Positions 30,036 through 40,140 of a stretch of 64,000 bases of DNA are shown one piece after another; the stretch's first letter is position 1, and each line of letters starts with the position of its first letter. Origin of the DNA: Candidatus Brocadiaceae bacterium (GTDB lineage: Bacteria; Planctomycetota; Brocadiia; SM23-32); assembly GCA_003551305.1 (NCBI GenBank), contig PUMJ01000156.1, positions 27,325 to 91,324 on the forward strand, given 5' to 3'. The position numbers and the translations under genes are program-made. Below the pieces are notes generated by a model. The model searched no databases and was not told the origin of the DNA. It was given only the letters and a program-made list of their open reading frames with translations.

Positions 30036-30450
30036 TGCAGCACCTCCCGGGTAAAAGGATGTCAAGAGGCTGCCAGAACCCTCAGGCCTCTCACTCAACT
30101 TCTCCCCCTGAGGAGATCGAAAGCCCCATCGTTCTAACAGCTCGACTATCTCCCTCCCTATAAGGTGAGGCTTCAGGCGCGTTTGTCAAGGGATTTTTCT
30201 GTCGGATTCGCAACTGGAGTCCTCGCAGGGGTTCAGGCTCGTGCAATTCCCTGGTCCCGGGCGGGGAGATGCCGCCCCGCCGGGGGGCAACGGCGATGGA
30301 ACTGCCGCCGCCACAGCCCGCCCTACGGCGGGCGGCTCAGAGGTAGGCCGGCGCGACCGCCGGGAACCCCGGGCACAAGAGGTCCCCTCCCCCGTCCGGC
30401 GCCTGTGCGCGTTGCCCACGGGAACCGGAACGCGTTATTTGCCCGGACAG

Positions 30451-30774
30451 TCACAGCACGGGCGAGCCGGGCGAAAGGTCTTCGGCCAGCGTCAGCACCA
30501 CCACCTTGTCCCCGTCCTGAGCGGCCAGAAGCATGCCCTCGCTCTTGACGCCGCGCAACTGGGCCGGCTCCAGGTTCGTCACCACCACTATCTGCATCCC
30601 TTCGAGCTCTTCCGGCTCGTAGTAATCCTTCAGCCCGGCCACGAGCGTGCGGGGCCGGTCCTCCCCCACGTCCACCCGCATGACCATCAGCTTGTCCGCG
30701 TCCGGATGGTCCTCCACGGAGATGACCCTGCCGGTCTTCATCTCGACCTTCTTGAAATCCTGGATGCTTATCAT
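30451..30774 (-). CDS. tRNA-binding OB-fold protein (MetG C-terminal/Trbp111-like)
   Basis: ISIQDFKKVEMKTG, HPDADKL, NLEPAQLRGVKSEGMLLAA. Confidence 0.9.
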   Translation of the reverse strand: MISIQDFKKVEMKTGRVISVEDHPDADKLMVMRVDVGEDRPRTLVAGLKDYYEPEELEGMQIVVVTNLEPAQLRGVKSEGMLLAAQDGDKVVVLTLAEDLSPGSPVL

Positions 30775-31099
30775 CGTCCCACTCCTTTCAGCCGAACCGC
30801 CCATCTGGCTTGGTGCTCTGAACGCCGAGGTGTTATGGTAGGGGCGGCTTCGCGAGGTTTCAAGGCGTTTCGCTCCCCGGCAGTTGGGGGAGGCGATGGG
30901 TGATAAGCGCCATAACACTCTGTGTAAGGTAGTTCCTGGATAAGAGGTTCGACATGCCGACCGTGCGCGTCCGGTGGCGCAAGGTATCGGTGGAAGAGTC
31001 GGTCGAAGCAGATTCCGCAACCGGGACCGGCCCACACAGGCGGGAAATCCCGAAGTCCTGGTGACATCCGCGAGGGGTGATCAAGCAAGGAGGGAGACC

Positions 31100-33298
31100 A
31101 TGGCCACGCAATCCCAACCGCAACCCGACGAACCCGACACGCCCGCCCTGGCCCCGCCCGAGGTGCACAGGGGCCCCGACCCGACCCGGGCCGTCAGGAC
31201 CCGCGCCTTCCAGGGCATCCCCAGTCTCGCCTGCGGTCCGCAGCGCCGCCGTTACGCCGTCTGGTACGGCGGCCCGACCCCCGGGGAGGACGACAATAAC
31301 TACGTAATCCTGGCGGTCAGCGTGGACGACGGCGCCACCTGGTCGGAGCGGCTGATCATCGACCCCGACGGCCCGGGGCCGGTGCGCGCCTTCGACCCGC
31401 AGGTCTGGCTGACCCCCGACGGCCGGCTGTGGGTTTTCTGGGCCCAGGAAGCAAAAGCCTCTCGCCCCGGCGGCCCCTGTGGCGTGTGGGCCATCTCGGC
31501 CCCCGAGGAGGCATGCTGCGCCCCGGACTGCCCGTGGTCGGAACCGCGCCGGCTCTGCGACGGCGTGATGATGGGCAAACCCCTGACCCTGACCGACGGC
31601 ACCTGGGCCCTGCCGGTTTCCTTCTGGAACCGGCGCGAGGCGGCCAGCGCGGGGATGGTGGTCTCGACCGATGCCGGGGCCACCTGGTCCGAGCGCGGGG
31701 CCTGCACCGTGCCCGAGGAGGTCCGCGACCACGACGAGCATCAGATAGTCGAGCGGCGCGACGGCTCCCTGTGGATGCTGGTGCGCACCCGCACCGGCAT
31801 CGGCGAGAGCCGCTCCGAGGACAGCGGGCGCACCTGGTCCGATCTGGAGCCGTCGGACATCCCTCACGTCGTCTCCCGCTTCTTCATCCGGCGCCTGCAC
31901 TCGGGGAATCTGTTGCTGGTGCGGCACGACCCCGCCGACGGCGACTTCGCAGACGGCACCTCGCGGGGCACCCGCTCGCACCTCACCGCGTTCGTCTCCG
32001 ACGACGACGGCGCCTCCTGGCAGGGCGGCCTGCTGCTGGACGAGCGCACCCACGTCTCTTACCCCGACGGCGACCAGGCCGAGGACGGCACCATCTGGAT
32101 CACCTATGACTACCGGCGCACCGCCGACCGCGCCATCCTGCTGGCCGGTTTCACCGAGGCCGATATCCGGGCCGCCGATGCCGATGCACCCTCCGTGCGG
32201 CGACGGATGGTGATAAGCGCCCCGCCGTCCGGCATCGACGTCGGCGTCGAACCGCCTGACCCGCCCAACGACGGGATCCTGTTCGTGGACCACTCAAGAG
32301 ACGGGCGCAGTGGCCATCTGGGCCACGCCCTGGTTGAGTACGGGCCGGGGAAGATTCTGGCCTTTTATGCGAACTGTTCGGACGACAACGGCGGACATTC
32401 GGCCGTCGGCTGGATGGAGTACAGGCGCTCCGAGGACGGCGGCCGCACCTGGGGCGCAGCGGTGGCCCTGGACTACTCGAAGCGCACGTACGAGGCCGGC
32501 GCCGGCCGGTCGGTCATGTGTGAGAAGGCGATTTGCACGGACGAAGGCGACATCGTCCTGTTCAACCTCGAATGCGACATCGCCACCAGCGCCCTGTGGC
32601 GACCCTACGGAACACCCACCTGCCTGCGCAGTTCGGACGACGGGCACACCTGGTCGGATGCCAGGCCCTTGAGCGATCAGCGGGGGCGGGTCTATGACGT
32701 CATTCGCCACAAGGATGCCATCCTGGCCCTGGAGTTCTGCAATGACGCGACCGAGACCTGGACCGGCACTCGGCCGGAGCACGTGTACACTCTCTACGCC
32801 AGCACGGACGGCGGGGAGACCTTTTGCCCCCGCAGCATCCTGCCTTTCGATACCGAGGGCCGGGGCTACGGCACCATGGCGGTGCTGCGCGACGGCAGCT
32901 TGATTGCATACATCTACAACAAGGCCGACGAACAGCACCTCGATTACGTGATCAGCCATGACGACGGAAGGACCTGGAGCAGACCCGGCCGGGCGTTCTT
33001 CGCCCGACACATCCGCAACCCGCAGATGGCCGCGTTCAAGGACGGCTACGTGCTGCACGGCCGCAGCGGCAATTTCGGGGAAGAGGCCGCCAAAGGGCAT
33101 CTGGTGCTTTACACCTCGGGCGACGGCATCCACTGGGATGAAGGCCGCTACCTGCAACGTCGTAGCGCCGGGCTCGGCGCCTACTCGAACAACCTGCTTG
33201 TCCACGACCCCGAGGCGCAGCGCGAACGCCTGCTCATCCAGGCATCGCACGCCTACGACCGCAACATGACCAACATCCACCACTGGTGGCTGACGTAA
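31100..33298 (+). CDS. tandem two-domain BNR/sialidase-like (GH33-like) beta-propeller protein
   Basis: About nine Asp-boxes (SVDDGATW, STDAGATW, SEDSGRTW, SDDDGASW, SEDGGRTW, SSDDGHTW...), FQGIPS, VSYPD. Confidence 0.82.
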   Translation: MATQSQPQPDEPDTPALAPPEVHRGPDPTRAVRTRAFQGIPSLACGPQRRRYAVWYGGPTPGEDDNNYVILAVSVDDGATWSERLIIDPDGPGPVRAFDPQVWLTPDGRLWVFWAQEAKASRPGGPCGVWAISAPEEACCAPDCPWSEPRRLCDGVMMGKPLTLTDGTWALPVSFWNRREAASAGMVVSTDAGATWSERGACTVPEEVRDHDEHQIVERRDGSLWMLVRTRTGIGESRSEDSGRTWSDLEPSDIPHVVSRFFIRRLHSGNLLLVRHDPADGDFADGTSRGTRSHLTAFVSDDDGASWQGGLLLDERTHVSYPDGDQAEDGTIWITYDYRRTADRAILLAGFTEADIRAADADAPSVRRRMVISAPPSGIDVGVEPPDPPNDGILFVDHSRDGRSGHLGHALVEYGPGKILAFYANCSDDNGGHSAVGWMEYRRSEDGGRTWGAAVALDYSKRTYEAGAGRSVMCEKAICTDEGDIVLFNLECDIATSALWRPYGTPTCLRSSDDGHTWSDARPLSDQRGRVYDVIRHKDAILALEFCNDATETWTGTRPEHVYTLYASTDGGETFCPRSILPFDTEGRGYGTMAVLRDGSLIAYIYNKADEQHLDYVISHDDGRTWSRPGRAFFARHIRNPQMAAFKDGYVLHGRSGNFGEEAAKGHLVLYTSGDGIHWDEGRYLQRRSAGLGAYSNNLLVHDPEAQRERLLIQASHAYDRNMTNIHHWWLT

Positions 33299-33399
33299 CG
33301 TGAAAGCATCGCCCCCGGGGGCATGCCTGCGTGCGGCTGCGCCCGGCGCCGCGAAACACGCAACTTTCGCAGAACCGGACAAACAGTGAAGGAGAGATC

Positions 33400-34737
33400 A
33401 TGCGGCTTCGGGTTAGCCCCGACGGGCATTTTCTGCAGCATGCAGACGGAACGCCGTTCTTCTACCTGGCCGACACGGCGTGGATGCTGGCCAACAAGCT
33501 GACGGAAGCGGAAGCACGCCGCCTGTTCGAGGACCGGGCCGCGAAGGGCTTCACGGCGATCCAGGCCGTGGTCTTTCGAGACATGTTCGAGGTCAACACC
33601 CCGAACGTGTACGGCGTCCGTCCTTTCGCCGGCGAGGCTGAACTGCACGCCGTGGAGATCAACCCCCGGTGGATCGAGTATGTGGTCCGCCTGACGAACG
33701 TGGCGGCGGAATACGGTCTGGTGATGGCCTGGCTGCCCACGTGGGGCGACAAGTGGAATGAGCACTCCAACTCGGCAGGCCCCGTCGTCATGGACGAGCG
33801 CTCGGGCGAGGCCTACTGCCACGATCTTTCCGATGCCCTCGGGGAGTGTGAGAACGTGATCTGGATCCTCGGCGGGGACAGTCCCATCAGGACCCAGGCG
33901 CACGCCGATATCGTGCGCGCCATGGCGCACGGTATCCGGGCCGGTGCGAGCGGGGACCGGTTGATCAGCTACCATCCCTCGGGTGGCTCGTCGTCGGCCA
34001 TCTTCCACGCTGAAGCCTGGCTGGACATCAACGCCGTGCAGTCGGGGCACGCCCGGTTGAACGTGCCGAACTACCGCTCGATCGAAACGTTCTATCACAC
34101 GTCGCCCCCCAAGCCCTGCCTGGATTTCGAGCCCAACTACGAGGGGATGCCGGTCGGCTTCGGCCGCCAGAACGGCATCGAACCGGAGCAGCGCGCCTTC
34201 TTCGACGACTACGACGTGCGCCGGAGCCTCTACCGCAGCGTGCTGGCGGGCGCGGCGGGCTTCACGTACGGCTGCGATCCGGTGCGCCAGATCTACCGGC
34301 CCGGCGACCGATGCCATGCATGGGACGGTCGCTGCATCGAGACGTGGAGCGAAGCACTCGATGCGCCGGGTTCGTCCCAACTGCAACTGCTGAAGCAACG
34401 GCTGTTGGAGCGCAGCTACTTCTCCCGGCTGCCCGCCCAGGAACTGCTGCTGGAGCCGAAAAGCGACGGCGCCGACCATCCCGTCGCGCACGCCGCCGTC
34501 GCGCGCTGCAGCGAAGGCGGTTACATTATGGTGTATGTCCCGATCCGTCAGATGCTTACCATTGACACATCGGTCCTGGCGGCCCGGCGACTCCGCGTAT
34601 CCGTCTACGGCCCCGAAGCCTGCGTATGCCGTCGATCATGGGAAATGGACAACGAGGGAGTCTTCCGTTACATCCCGCCACGGAGGCTTGACACGTTCAT
34701 CACGATCGACGCGGTGGAGCCGGAGGGTACGGTGTGA
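33400..34737 (+). CDS. DUF4038/GH140 apiosidase-like glycoside hydrolase
   Basis: GTPFFYLADTAW, KGFTAIQ, WILGGD, SYHP, QSGH, KPCLDFEPNYE, GFTYG. Confidence 0.85.
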   Translation: MRLRVSPDGHFLQHADGTPFFYLADTAWMLANKLTEAEARRLFEDRAAKGFTAIQAVVFRDMFEVNTPNVYGVRPFAGEAELHAVEINPRWIEYVVRLTNVAAEYGLVMAWLPTWGDKWNEHSNSAGPVVMDERSGEAYCHDLSDALGECENVIWILGGDSPIRTQAHADIVRAMAHGIRAGASGDRLISYHPSGGSSSAIFHAEAWLDINAVQSGHARLNVPNYRSIETFYHTSPPKPCLDFEPNYEGMPVGFGRQNGIEPEQRAFFDDYDVRRSLYRSVLAGAAGFTYGCDPVRQIYRPGDRCHAWDGRCIETWSEALDAPGSSQLQLLKQRLLERSYFSRLPAQELLLEPKSDGADHPVAHAAVARCSEGGYIMVYVPIRQMLTIDTSVLAARRLRVSVYGPEACVCRRSWEMDNEGVFRYIPPRRLDTFITIDAVEPEGTV

Positions 34738-34838
34738 TAGACAGGAGTAGCCCCACGCGGGCTGCCGCCACCTGTCCGACATGTTCTATCCTATTCGCCT
34801 TGAGCAAAACGCGGCCAAACGACCGAAAGGGCCATATT

Positions 34839-36176
34839 GTGGTCAATTCACCGCCACCGGGATCGAAACCGCCGCTGCGCTTCGAAGTCATTGTGTGCGG
34901 CGGCGGACCGGCCGGGATATGCGCCGCCATCACCGCCGCCGAGACCGGGCGACGGACGCTTCTGGTCGAGGCCGCCGGACGACTGGGCGGGACCGGCGTC
35001 AACGCCCTGGTCAACCAGATTCGCCGCTGGACCGACACCTCATACGTGGAGCGCTTCCTCGATCGCCTGGACGGCTTTGTGGACGACAGCGAGTTCCTCG
35101 ACCTGCGCTATGCTGACCTGGTGCAAGAGGCCGGCGCCGAGATACTTCTGCATGCCACCGTGGGGGAGACGGTGCTGCGGCCTGTTGCGCAAGGGAGTGG
35201 GGGGCCGACGGTGGCCGGTGTGCGCCTGGCCACACCCTCCGGACCGCTGACGGTCGAGGCCGAACGTGTGGTCGATGCCAGCGGCGATGGTGTCGTCGCC
35301 TTCCTGGCCGGTGCGGCCTTCGACTGCGGTCGCCCGGAAGACGGCCTGATGCAGCCGGCGACCATCATGTTCAGGGTCGGCGGCGTCGACCACCCGGCGA
35401 CTATGGAGGCCCGGGGCGGCCGCGGCAGCTACCGCTTCCCCGATGGTTCCACCTGGGACCAACTTACCATGGCTGCCTGCGCCCGCGGCGAGTTGCCGCC
35501 CAATGTCGGCAAGGTACGGACCTATCCGGCCGAGCGCCGGGACGAACGCTACATCAATGCTACCCAGATTAACCATGTCGACGGAACCGACCCCTTCGAC
35601 CTCACCCACGCCGAACTGGAGGGGCGCCGCCAGGTGCCTGTGATCATGGACTTCCTGCGTCGATACGCCCCGGGCTTCGCAGATGCCTACGTGTCTTTGA
35701 TGCCGGCGGTGGTGGGGATTCGGGAAACACGGCGCTTCCGTGGGCTGTACACTCTACGCCGCGAGGACTGCCTGACCGGTCGGAGGTGGGATGATGCGGT
35801 GGTGACCGGTTGCCGGGCACCGATAGACATCCACAACCCGGATGGACCGGGACAGGTCGAAGGAGTTTCGAAGGAACACCCGGCCGGACGTGACCCCGCC
35901 CCGCAACCCTACGACATCCCCTACGGTTGCCTGGTACCCGAGGCTCTCGACGGTCTGCTGCTGGCCGGCCGCTGCATCAGCGGTGACCATGGCGCCCACG
36001 CCTCCTACCGCTGGCAATCGCTGTGCATGGCCACCGGGGCAGCCGCCGGCTTCGCCGCCGCCGCATCACTGGATCAGAATGTGCAACCTCGCGATCTTGA
36101 CATCCGCCCCGTCCAGAACGCCCTGGGGATCGTCCGTCCGCAGGACGCCTCCAACGCGGAAGGGACCCAACCATGA
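34839..36176 (+). CDS. FAD-dependent oxidoreductase (FAD_oxidored family)
   Basis: VCGGGPAG, VVDASGDG, GIRETRR, YDIPYGCLVP, AGRCISG; start uncertain. Confidence 0.87.
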   Translation: MVNSPPPGSKPPLRFEVIVCGGGPAGICAAITAAETGRRTLLVEAAGRLGGTGVNALVNQIRRWTDTSYVERFLDRLDGFVDDSEFLDLRYADLVQEAGAEILLHATVGETVLRPVAQGSGGPTVAGVRLATPSGPLTVEAERVVDASGDGVVAFLAGAAFDCGRPEDGLMQPATIMFRVGGVDHPATMEARGGRGSYRFPDGSTWDQLTMAACARGELPPNVGKVRTYPAERRDERYINATQINHVDGTDPFDLTHAELEGRRQVPVIMDFLRRYAPGFADAYVSLMPAVVGIRETRRFRGLYTLRREDCLTGRRWDDAVVTGCRAPIDIHNPDGPGQVEGVSKEHPAGRDPAPQPYDIPYGCLVPEALDGLLLAGRCISGDHGAHASYRWQSLCMATGAAAGFAAAASLDQNVQPRDLDIRPVQNALGIVRPQDASNAEGTQP

Positions 36177-37501
36177 CTGACAATGCTGAACGCATCACCT
36201 GGAACCGCCGCCTCCCACTGCGCTACCGCTGCGACGTGGCGGTGATCGGCGGCGGCATCGCCGGGGTCTGCGCCGCCTGCGCGGCCGCCGTCGAGGGGGC
36301 CGAGGTCATCCTTGTGGAGCGCTTTGCCGTGACCGGCGGCAACGCCACGGTCGGTGGTGTGGCCAACTGGTCGGGCGAGACCGCCGGCCAGGGCGCCATC
36401 TTTGATGAGATTATCGCGGACCAGGAGGAGTGTAACAGCATCGCCCCCTATCGCGGCCCTTACGCCCGCGAGCGCGCCAACCGGACCTTCGACCACGAGA
36501 TACTGGCTGTAATCCTCCAGGAACTGCTGCTGCGGCATGGGGTGCGCCTGCTGCTGCACACACGCTTTGTGGACATCCAGCGGGAAGGTGGTCGGCTGGG
36601 GCCCGCGGTGCTGGCCGGCGCGTCCGGCCTGGAAGCGCTCGACGCCGAGGTGTTCGTCGACACATCGGGTGGCGCGGTGGTGGCCCGGGCCGCCGGCTGC
36701 GCGCTGCTGCCGCCGGGCGGTCTCGGCCCGTTGCCCCCGTCGCTGATGTTCTTCGTGCGTGAACTGGCGGAGCCGGTCGGCCCGCAACTGCCCGACGGCT
36801 GGTTCGAGCCGGTCCGGAGCGAAGGGGACCTGCCGATGACCAGCACCTGGCCCGATGGCCCGGGCGGCAAGGCGCTGAAGCTCAAGGTTCCCGGTTACGA
36901 CAGCGGCGACACTGAATCCATGACCGCCCTCGAGGTCCGGGCGCGCCGGAGGATGTGGGAGGTGCTCGACTACTATCAGCGCGACTTCCGGGGCGAAGCC
37001 GCGCCCGCACTACGAAACCAGCCGAAAAACGCCGGGGTGCGAAACTGGCGGTTCGGGCACGCTTCCCCTATCATCGGCCTGCGCGAGACCCGGCGCATCG
37101 CGGGGGACTACGTGCTGACCGTTGACGATCTGCGGGCCGGCCGGGCTTTCGACGACGGCGTCGCCCGCGGCGTCTTCTACCTCGACGCCATGCGCCCCGA
37201 CGACGAGCAACGCACCTATCTGTTGAGCAAGGATGAGCAAGTCGTGCCGCCCTATCACATCCCGTACCGCAGCCTGATTGCGCGCGACACCGCCAACCTG
37301 CTGATGGCCGGCCGCTGCTTCTCGGCCGACCAGATGGCCCTCTCCTCGGCCCGGGTCATGCCGACCTGCGCGATGATGGGCCAGGCCGCCGGCATCGCCG
37401 CCGCCTGGAGCGCCGATCGGGGTTGCCGACCACGCGATCTCGATGGACGCGAGCTGCGGCGGCGGCTCGAAGCGCGCGGCGCGAACCTGAATCTGCCATG
37501 A
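36173..37501 (+). CDS. FAD-dependent oxidoreductase (FAD_oxidored family)
   Basis: VIGGGIAG, GLRETRRIAGDY, IPYRSLI, AGRCFSAD, SSARVMPTC. Confidence 0.9.
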   Translation: MTDNAERITWNRRLPLRYRCDVAVIGGGIAGVCAACAAAVEGAEVILVERFAVTGGNATVGGVANWSGETAGQGAIFDEIIADQEECNSIAPYRGPYARERANRTFDHEILAVILQELLLRHGVRLLLHTRFVDIQREGGRLGPAVLAGASGLEALDAEVFVDTSGGAVVARAAGCALLPPGGLGPLPPSLMFFVRELAEPVGPQLPDGWFEPVRSEGDLPMTSTWPDGPGGKALKLKVPGYDSGDTESMTALEVRARRRMWEVLDYYQRDFRGEAAPALRNQPKNAGVRNWRFGHASPIIGLRETRRIAGDYVLTVDDLRAGRAFDDGVARGVFYLDAMRPDDEQRTYLLSKDEQVVPPYHIPYRSLIARDTANLLMAGRCFSADQMALSSARVMPTCAMMGQAAGIAAAWSADRGCRPRDLDGRELRRRLEARGANLNLP

Positions 37502-37511
37502 AGGAAAGACG

Positions 37512-37677
37512 ATGAGTGATCGCCCCGGCATCCTGCTGCTGATGACCGACCAGCAGCGCCGGGATTCCCTCGGCCCTGTGACACTGTCCGGACCGCGTCG
37601 GTATCCGCGACTTGCTGCTGGAACGCCTGCTCGACTGGTTCAGCACACATGAGCTGATACCGCAAAGGACACCATGA
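37512..37677 (+). pseudogene. sulfatase relic with a large internal deletion
   Basis: RBS plus MSDRPGILLLMTDQQRRDSLG (sulfatase N-terminus), joined out of frame to IRDLLLERLLDWFSTHELIPQRTP* (sulfatase-like C-terminus). Its stop overlaps the next ATG. Confidence 0.75.
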
Positions 37678-38978
37678 AGAAACGTCAACCCAACATCATC
37701 CTCTTCCTTTCCGACGATCTCGGTTACAATGACCTGTCATGCTACGCGCCGGAACGGCATCACACCCCGCATATGGATCGTCTGGCCGAGGAGGGGCTCC
37801 GCTTCACGGATTTCCACAGCAACGGCGCCGTCTGTTCGCCGACCCGCGCCGCGCTTCTGACCGGCCGGTACCCCCAGCGCTGCGGCGTGGAACACGTCCT
37901 GCCCGGCATCAAGCCCGGCGGCGGCAAGGCGCGCGCTGGTGAGCGGGCGACGTTATCCCCATCGGACTTCAACCTGGGCCGCGCGTTCGCGCAGGCCGGA
38001 TACGCGACCGCGTTTTTCGGCAAGTATCACACGGGATACCTTCCCGATCAATCGCCGCTCAAAATGGGGTTCGCCGAGTTCCGCGGCATCTGCGGCGGCA
38101 TGGATCACCATTCCCGCTACAACCGCTGGGGGGCTCTCAACTGGTGGGTCGGTCAGACCCCGCAGCAGGAAGATGGCTACGCCACCGATCTTATCACCGA
38201 TCACGGCCTGCGTTTCATCACGGAACATCGTGACGAACCCTTCCTGCTGTATCTGGCGGACTGGTGCGTCCATTTCCCCTGGCAGGGCCCCCATGATCCG
38301 GCCGATTTCCGCGACGGGGTCGACAACGACCGCACCCCGGGCAAATGGGGGAGCCAGTATCCCCGACGCCACCGCCAGGCCTACCGCGAGATGGTCGAGG
38401 CCCAGGACCGCAACCTGGGCCGGATCGCCGACACCCTGGACGCACTGGGGCTACGCGAAGACACCCTGCTGATCTTCTGTTCGGACAACGGCGGCCATCA
38501 TGAGGTGACGGACAATGCCCCCCTGCGCGGCCACAAGGGCGACATGTTCGAGGGCGGCCACCGGGTGCCGGCCTTCTGTCGCTGGCCGGGGCGCATCCCG
38601 GCCGGACGCGTCAGCCAGGACGCGGCCATGACCATGGACCTGTTGCCCACCCTGCTGTCCATTTCCGGCATCGCACCCCCGAAGGGCGGGGACTTCGACG
38701 GGATCGACCTGTCCGCACATCTCTTCCGGGGCACCCCCCTGCCGGAACGGCCGCTGTTCTGGCGGGGGGGTTCCGAGAAGGCCGCCGCCCGCCAGGGCCG
38801 CTGGAAATACGTCCGACAGGGCGGTCGGGAATGGCTCTTCGATCTGGCCGAGGACCTCGGCGAGAGCACCGACCTTCTGGCGGGCTACCCCGAGCGGGCC
38901 GCCCGGCTCAGGCAGGCCCTGGCCCATTGGGAGCAGGATGTCGACACCTCCTACCAGCTATCACGGAGCGGAACATGA
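37674..38978 (+). CDS. arylsulfatase-like sulfatase (Cys-type)
   Basis: PNIILFLSDDLGY, VCSPTRAALLTGR, GKYH, SDNGG, EGGHRVP. Confidence 0.93.
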   Translation: MKKRQPNIILFLSDDLGYNDLSCYAPERHHTPHMDRLAEEGLRFTDFHSNGAVCSPTRAALLTGRYPQRCGVEHVLPGIKPGGGKARAGERATLSPSDFNLGRAFAQAGYATAFFGKYHTGYLPDQSPLKMGFAEFRGICGGMDHHSRYNRWGALNWWVGQTPQQEDGYATDLITDHGLRFITEHRDEPFLLYLADWCVHFPWQGPHDPADFRDGVDNDRTPGKWGSQYPRRHRQAYREMVEAQDRNLGRIADTLDALGLREDTLLIFCSDNGGHHEVTDNAPLRGHKGDMFEGGHRVPAFCRWPGRIPAGRVSQDAAMTMDLLPTLLSISGIAPPKGGDFDGIDLSAHLFRGTPLPERPLFWRGGSEKAAARQGRWKYVRQGGREWLFDLAEDLGESTDLLAGYPERAARLRQALAHWEQDVDTSYQLSRSGT

Positions 38979-39026
38979 ACCAGACCTGTTCTCAACAGCG
39001 AATTGCTGAATCCGAGGAATGGTAGC

Positions 39027-39968
39027 ATGCGCGTGTTCAATCCTTATGAGAACGCTTTTTCGCGTCACTGGTTCAAAGGCGATCTTCATCTGCACAGTGA
39101 TCGCAGTGACGGCCGCGCTTCCGTGCCGCAGATCCTGGATCGGCTGCGAGCGTGCGGCTTTGATTTCGCCGCATTATCCGATCACGAATGTTATGGCCCT
39201 ACCGATGAGCGAACCTCGCCCATACTCATCGGCAACAGCGAAATGCGCAGCGCCGAGGGTGGTGACGTGCTGACATTGTTCGCCGAGGTGTCGAACGATC
39301 CTGGGGGAGCGGGCGTACAGGATTTAATCGACCGGACGCGCGCCAACGGTGGGCTAGCCGTGCTGGCTCATCCGAAAATCGGTGAATTCGGAACAACCAA
39401 GCATCACTGGGCCTATCCATGCCATGCGTTGATCGGCAATTATCATGGCTATGCTGGCCTGGAAGTCTATACGCACAATGTCGGCAGTGGTTTCCAGACA
39501 GCCATCGACAGGCTTGATGCCGTCTGGATCGCAGGCTGCCGGGACGCAAACGAATCGATGGCGATCTGGGGACTGGCCGGCAGTGATGCGCATGATCTCA
39601 ACTGCATCACGCCCGATGTGGGGATTCTTGTCTCGGCGACCGAATGCTCGGCATCCGCTCTGCGCGCCGCCATTCAACAAGGCAGTTTCTACTCCCTGGC
39701 CGGATCGTGCGCCCGCTTTACCGACATCAGCGTCACCGGCAATCGACTGCGCGTAGAAGCTGAGAACGCCAAAATGATACGGATCAAGGGCGGTCCACTA
39801 TCCAGCAATCCAGGAGACCGAACGACCCATGCCGTGGCATGGGCCGGAGACAGCGAAAGTGTATTGTGTGAATACGAGATTCGTGGGTCGGAAGGGTTTG
39901 TGAGGGCTGAAGCATCGGATCGGCACGGCGGCCTTATTTTTGCGAACCCAATCCGTTTAGGCCGATAG
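39027..39968 (+). CDS. PHP-like (CehA/McbA-type) metallohydrolase
   Basis: WFKGDLHLHSDRSDG, LSDH, LAHP, GSDAH, FANPI. Confidence 0.82.
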   Translation: MRVFNPYENAFSRHWFKGDLHLHSDRSDGRASVPQILDRLRACGFDFAALSDHECYGPTDERTSPILIGNSEMRSAEGGDVLTLFAEVSNDPGGAGVQDLIDRTRANGGLAVLAHPKIGEFGTTKHHWAYPCHALIGNYHGYAGLEVYTHNVGSGFQTAIDRLDAVWIAGCRDANESMAIWGLAGSDAHDLNCITPDVGILVSATECSASALRAAIQQGSFYSLAGSCARFTDISVTGNRLRVEAENAKMIRIKGGPLSSNPGDRTTHAVAWAGDSESVLCEYEIRGSEGFVRAEASDRHGGLIFANPIRLGR

Positions 39969-39970
39969 CA

Positions 39971-40140
39971 ATGAGCAACAGGCACGATCCCGCCCACAAA
40001 CACATCCGCGACCGCTTACTGGAAAGCCTGCTTGTCTGGTTACGGCAACACGAACCAGTGACCCACAGGAGCACGATGACCCGTCGACCCAACATCATTT
40101 TCTTCCTCGCCTCCTATCACTCCGTGAGGAACCACCCATG
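39971..40140 (+). pseudogene. two sulfatase relics (a C-terminal end, then an N-terminus fused to a C-terminus)
   Basis: DPAHKHIRDRLLESLLVWLRQHE followed by MTRRPNIIFFLA-SYH; homologous to 37603-37712 and to the 3' end of 37674-38978. Confidence 0.65.
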
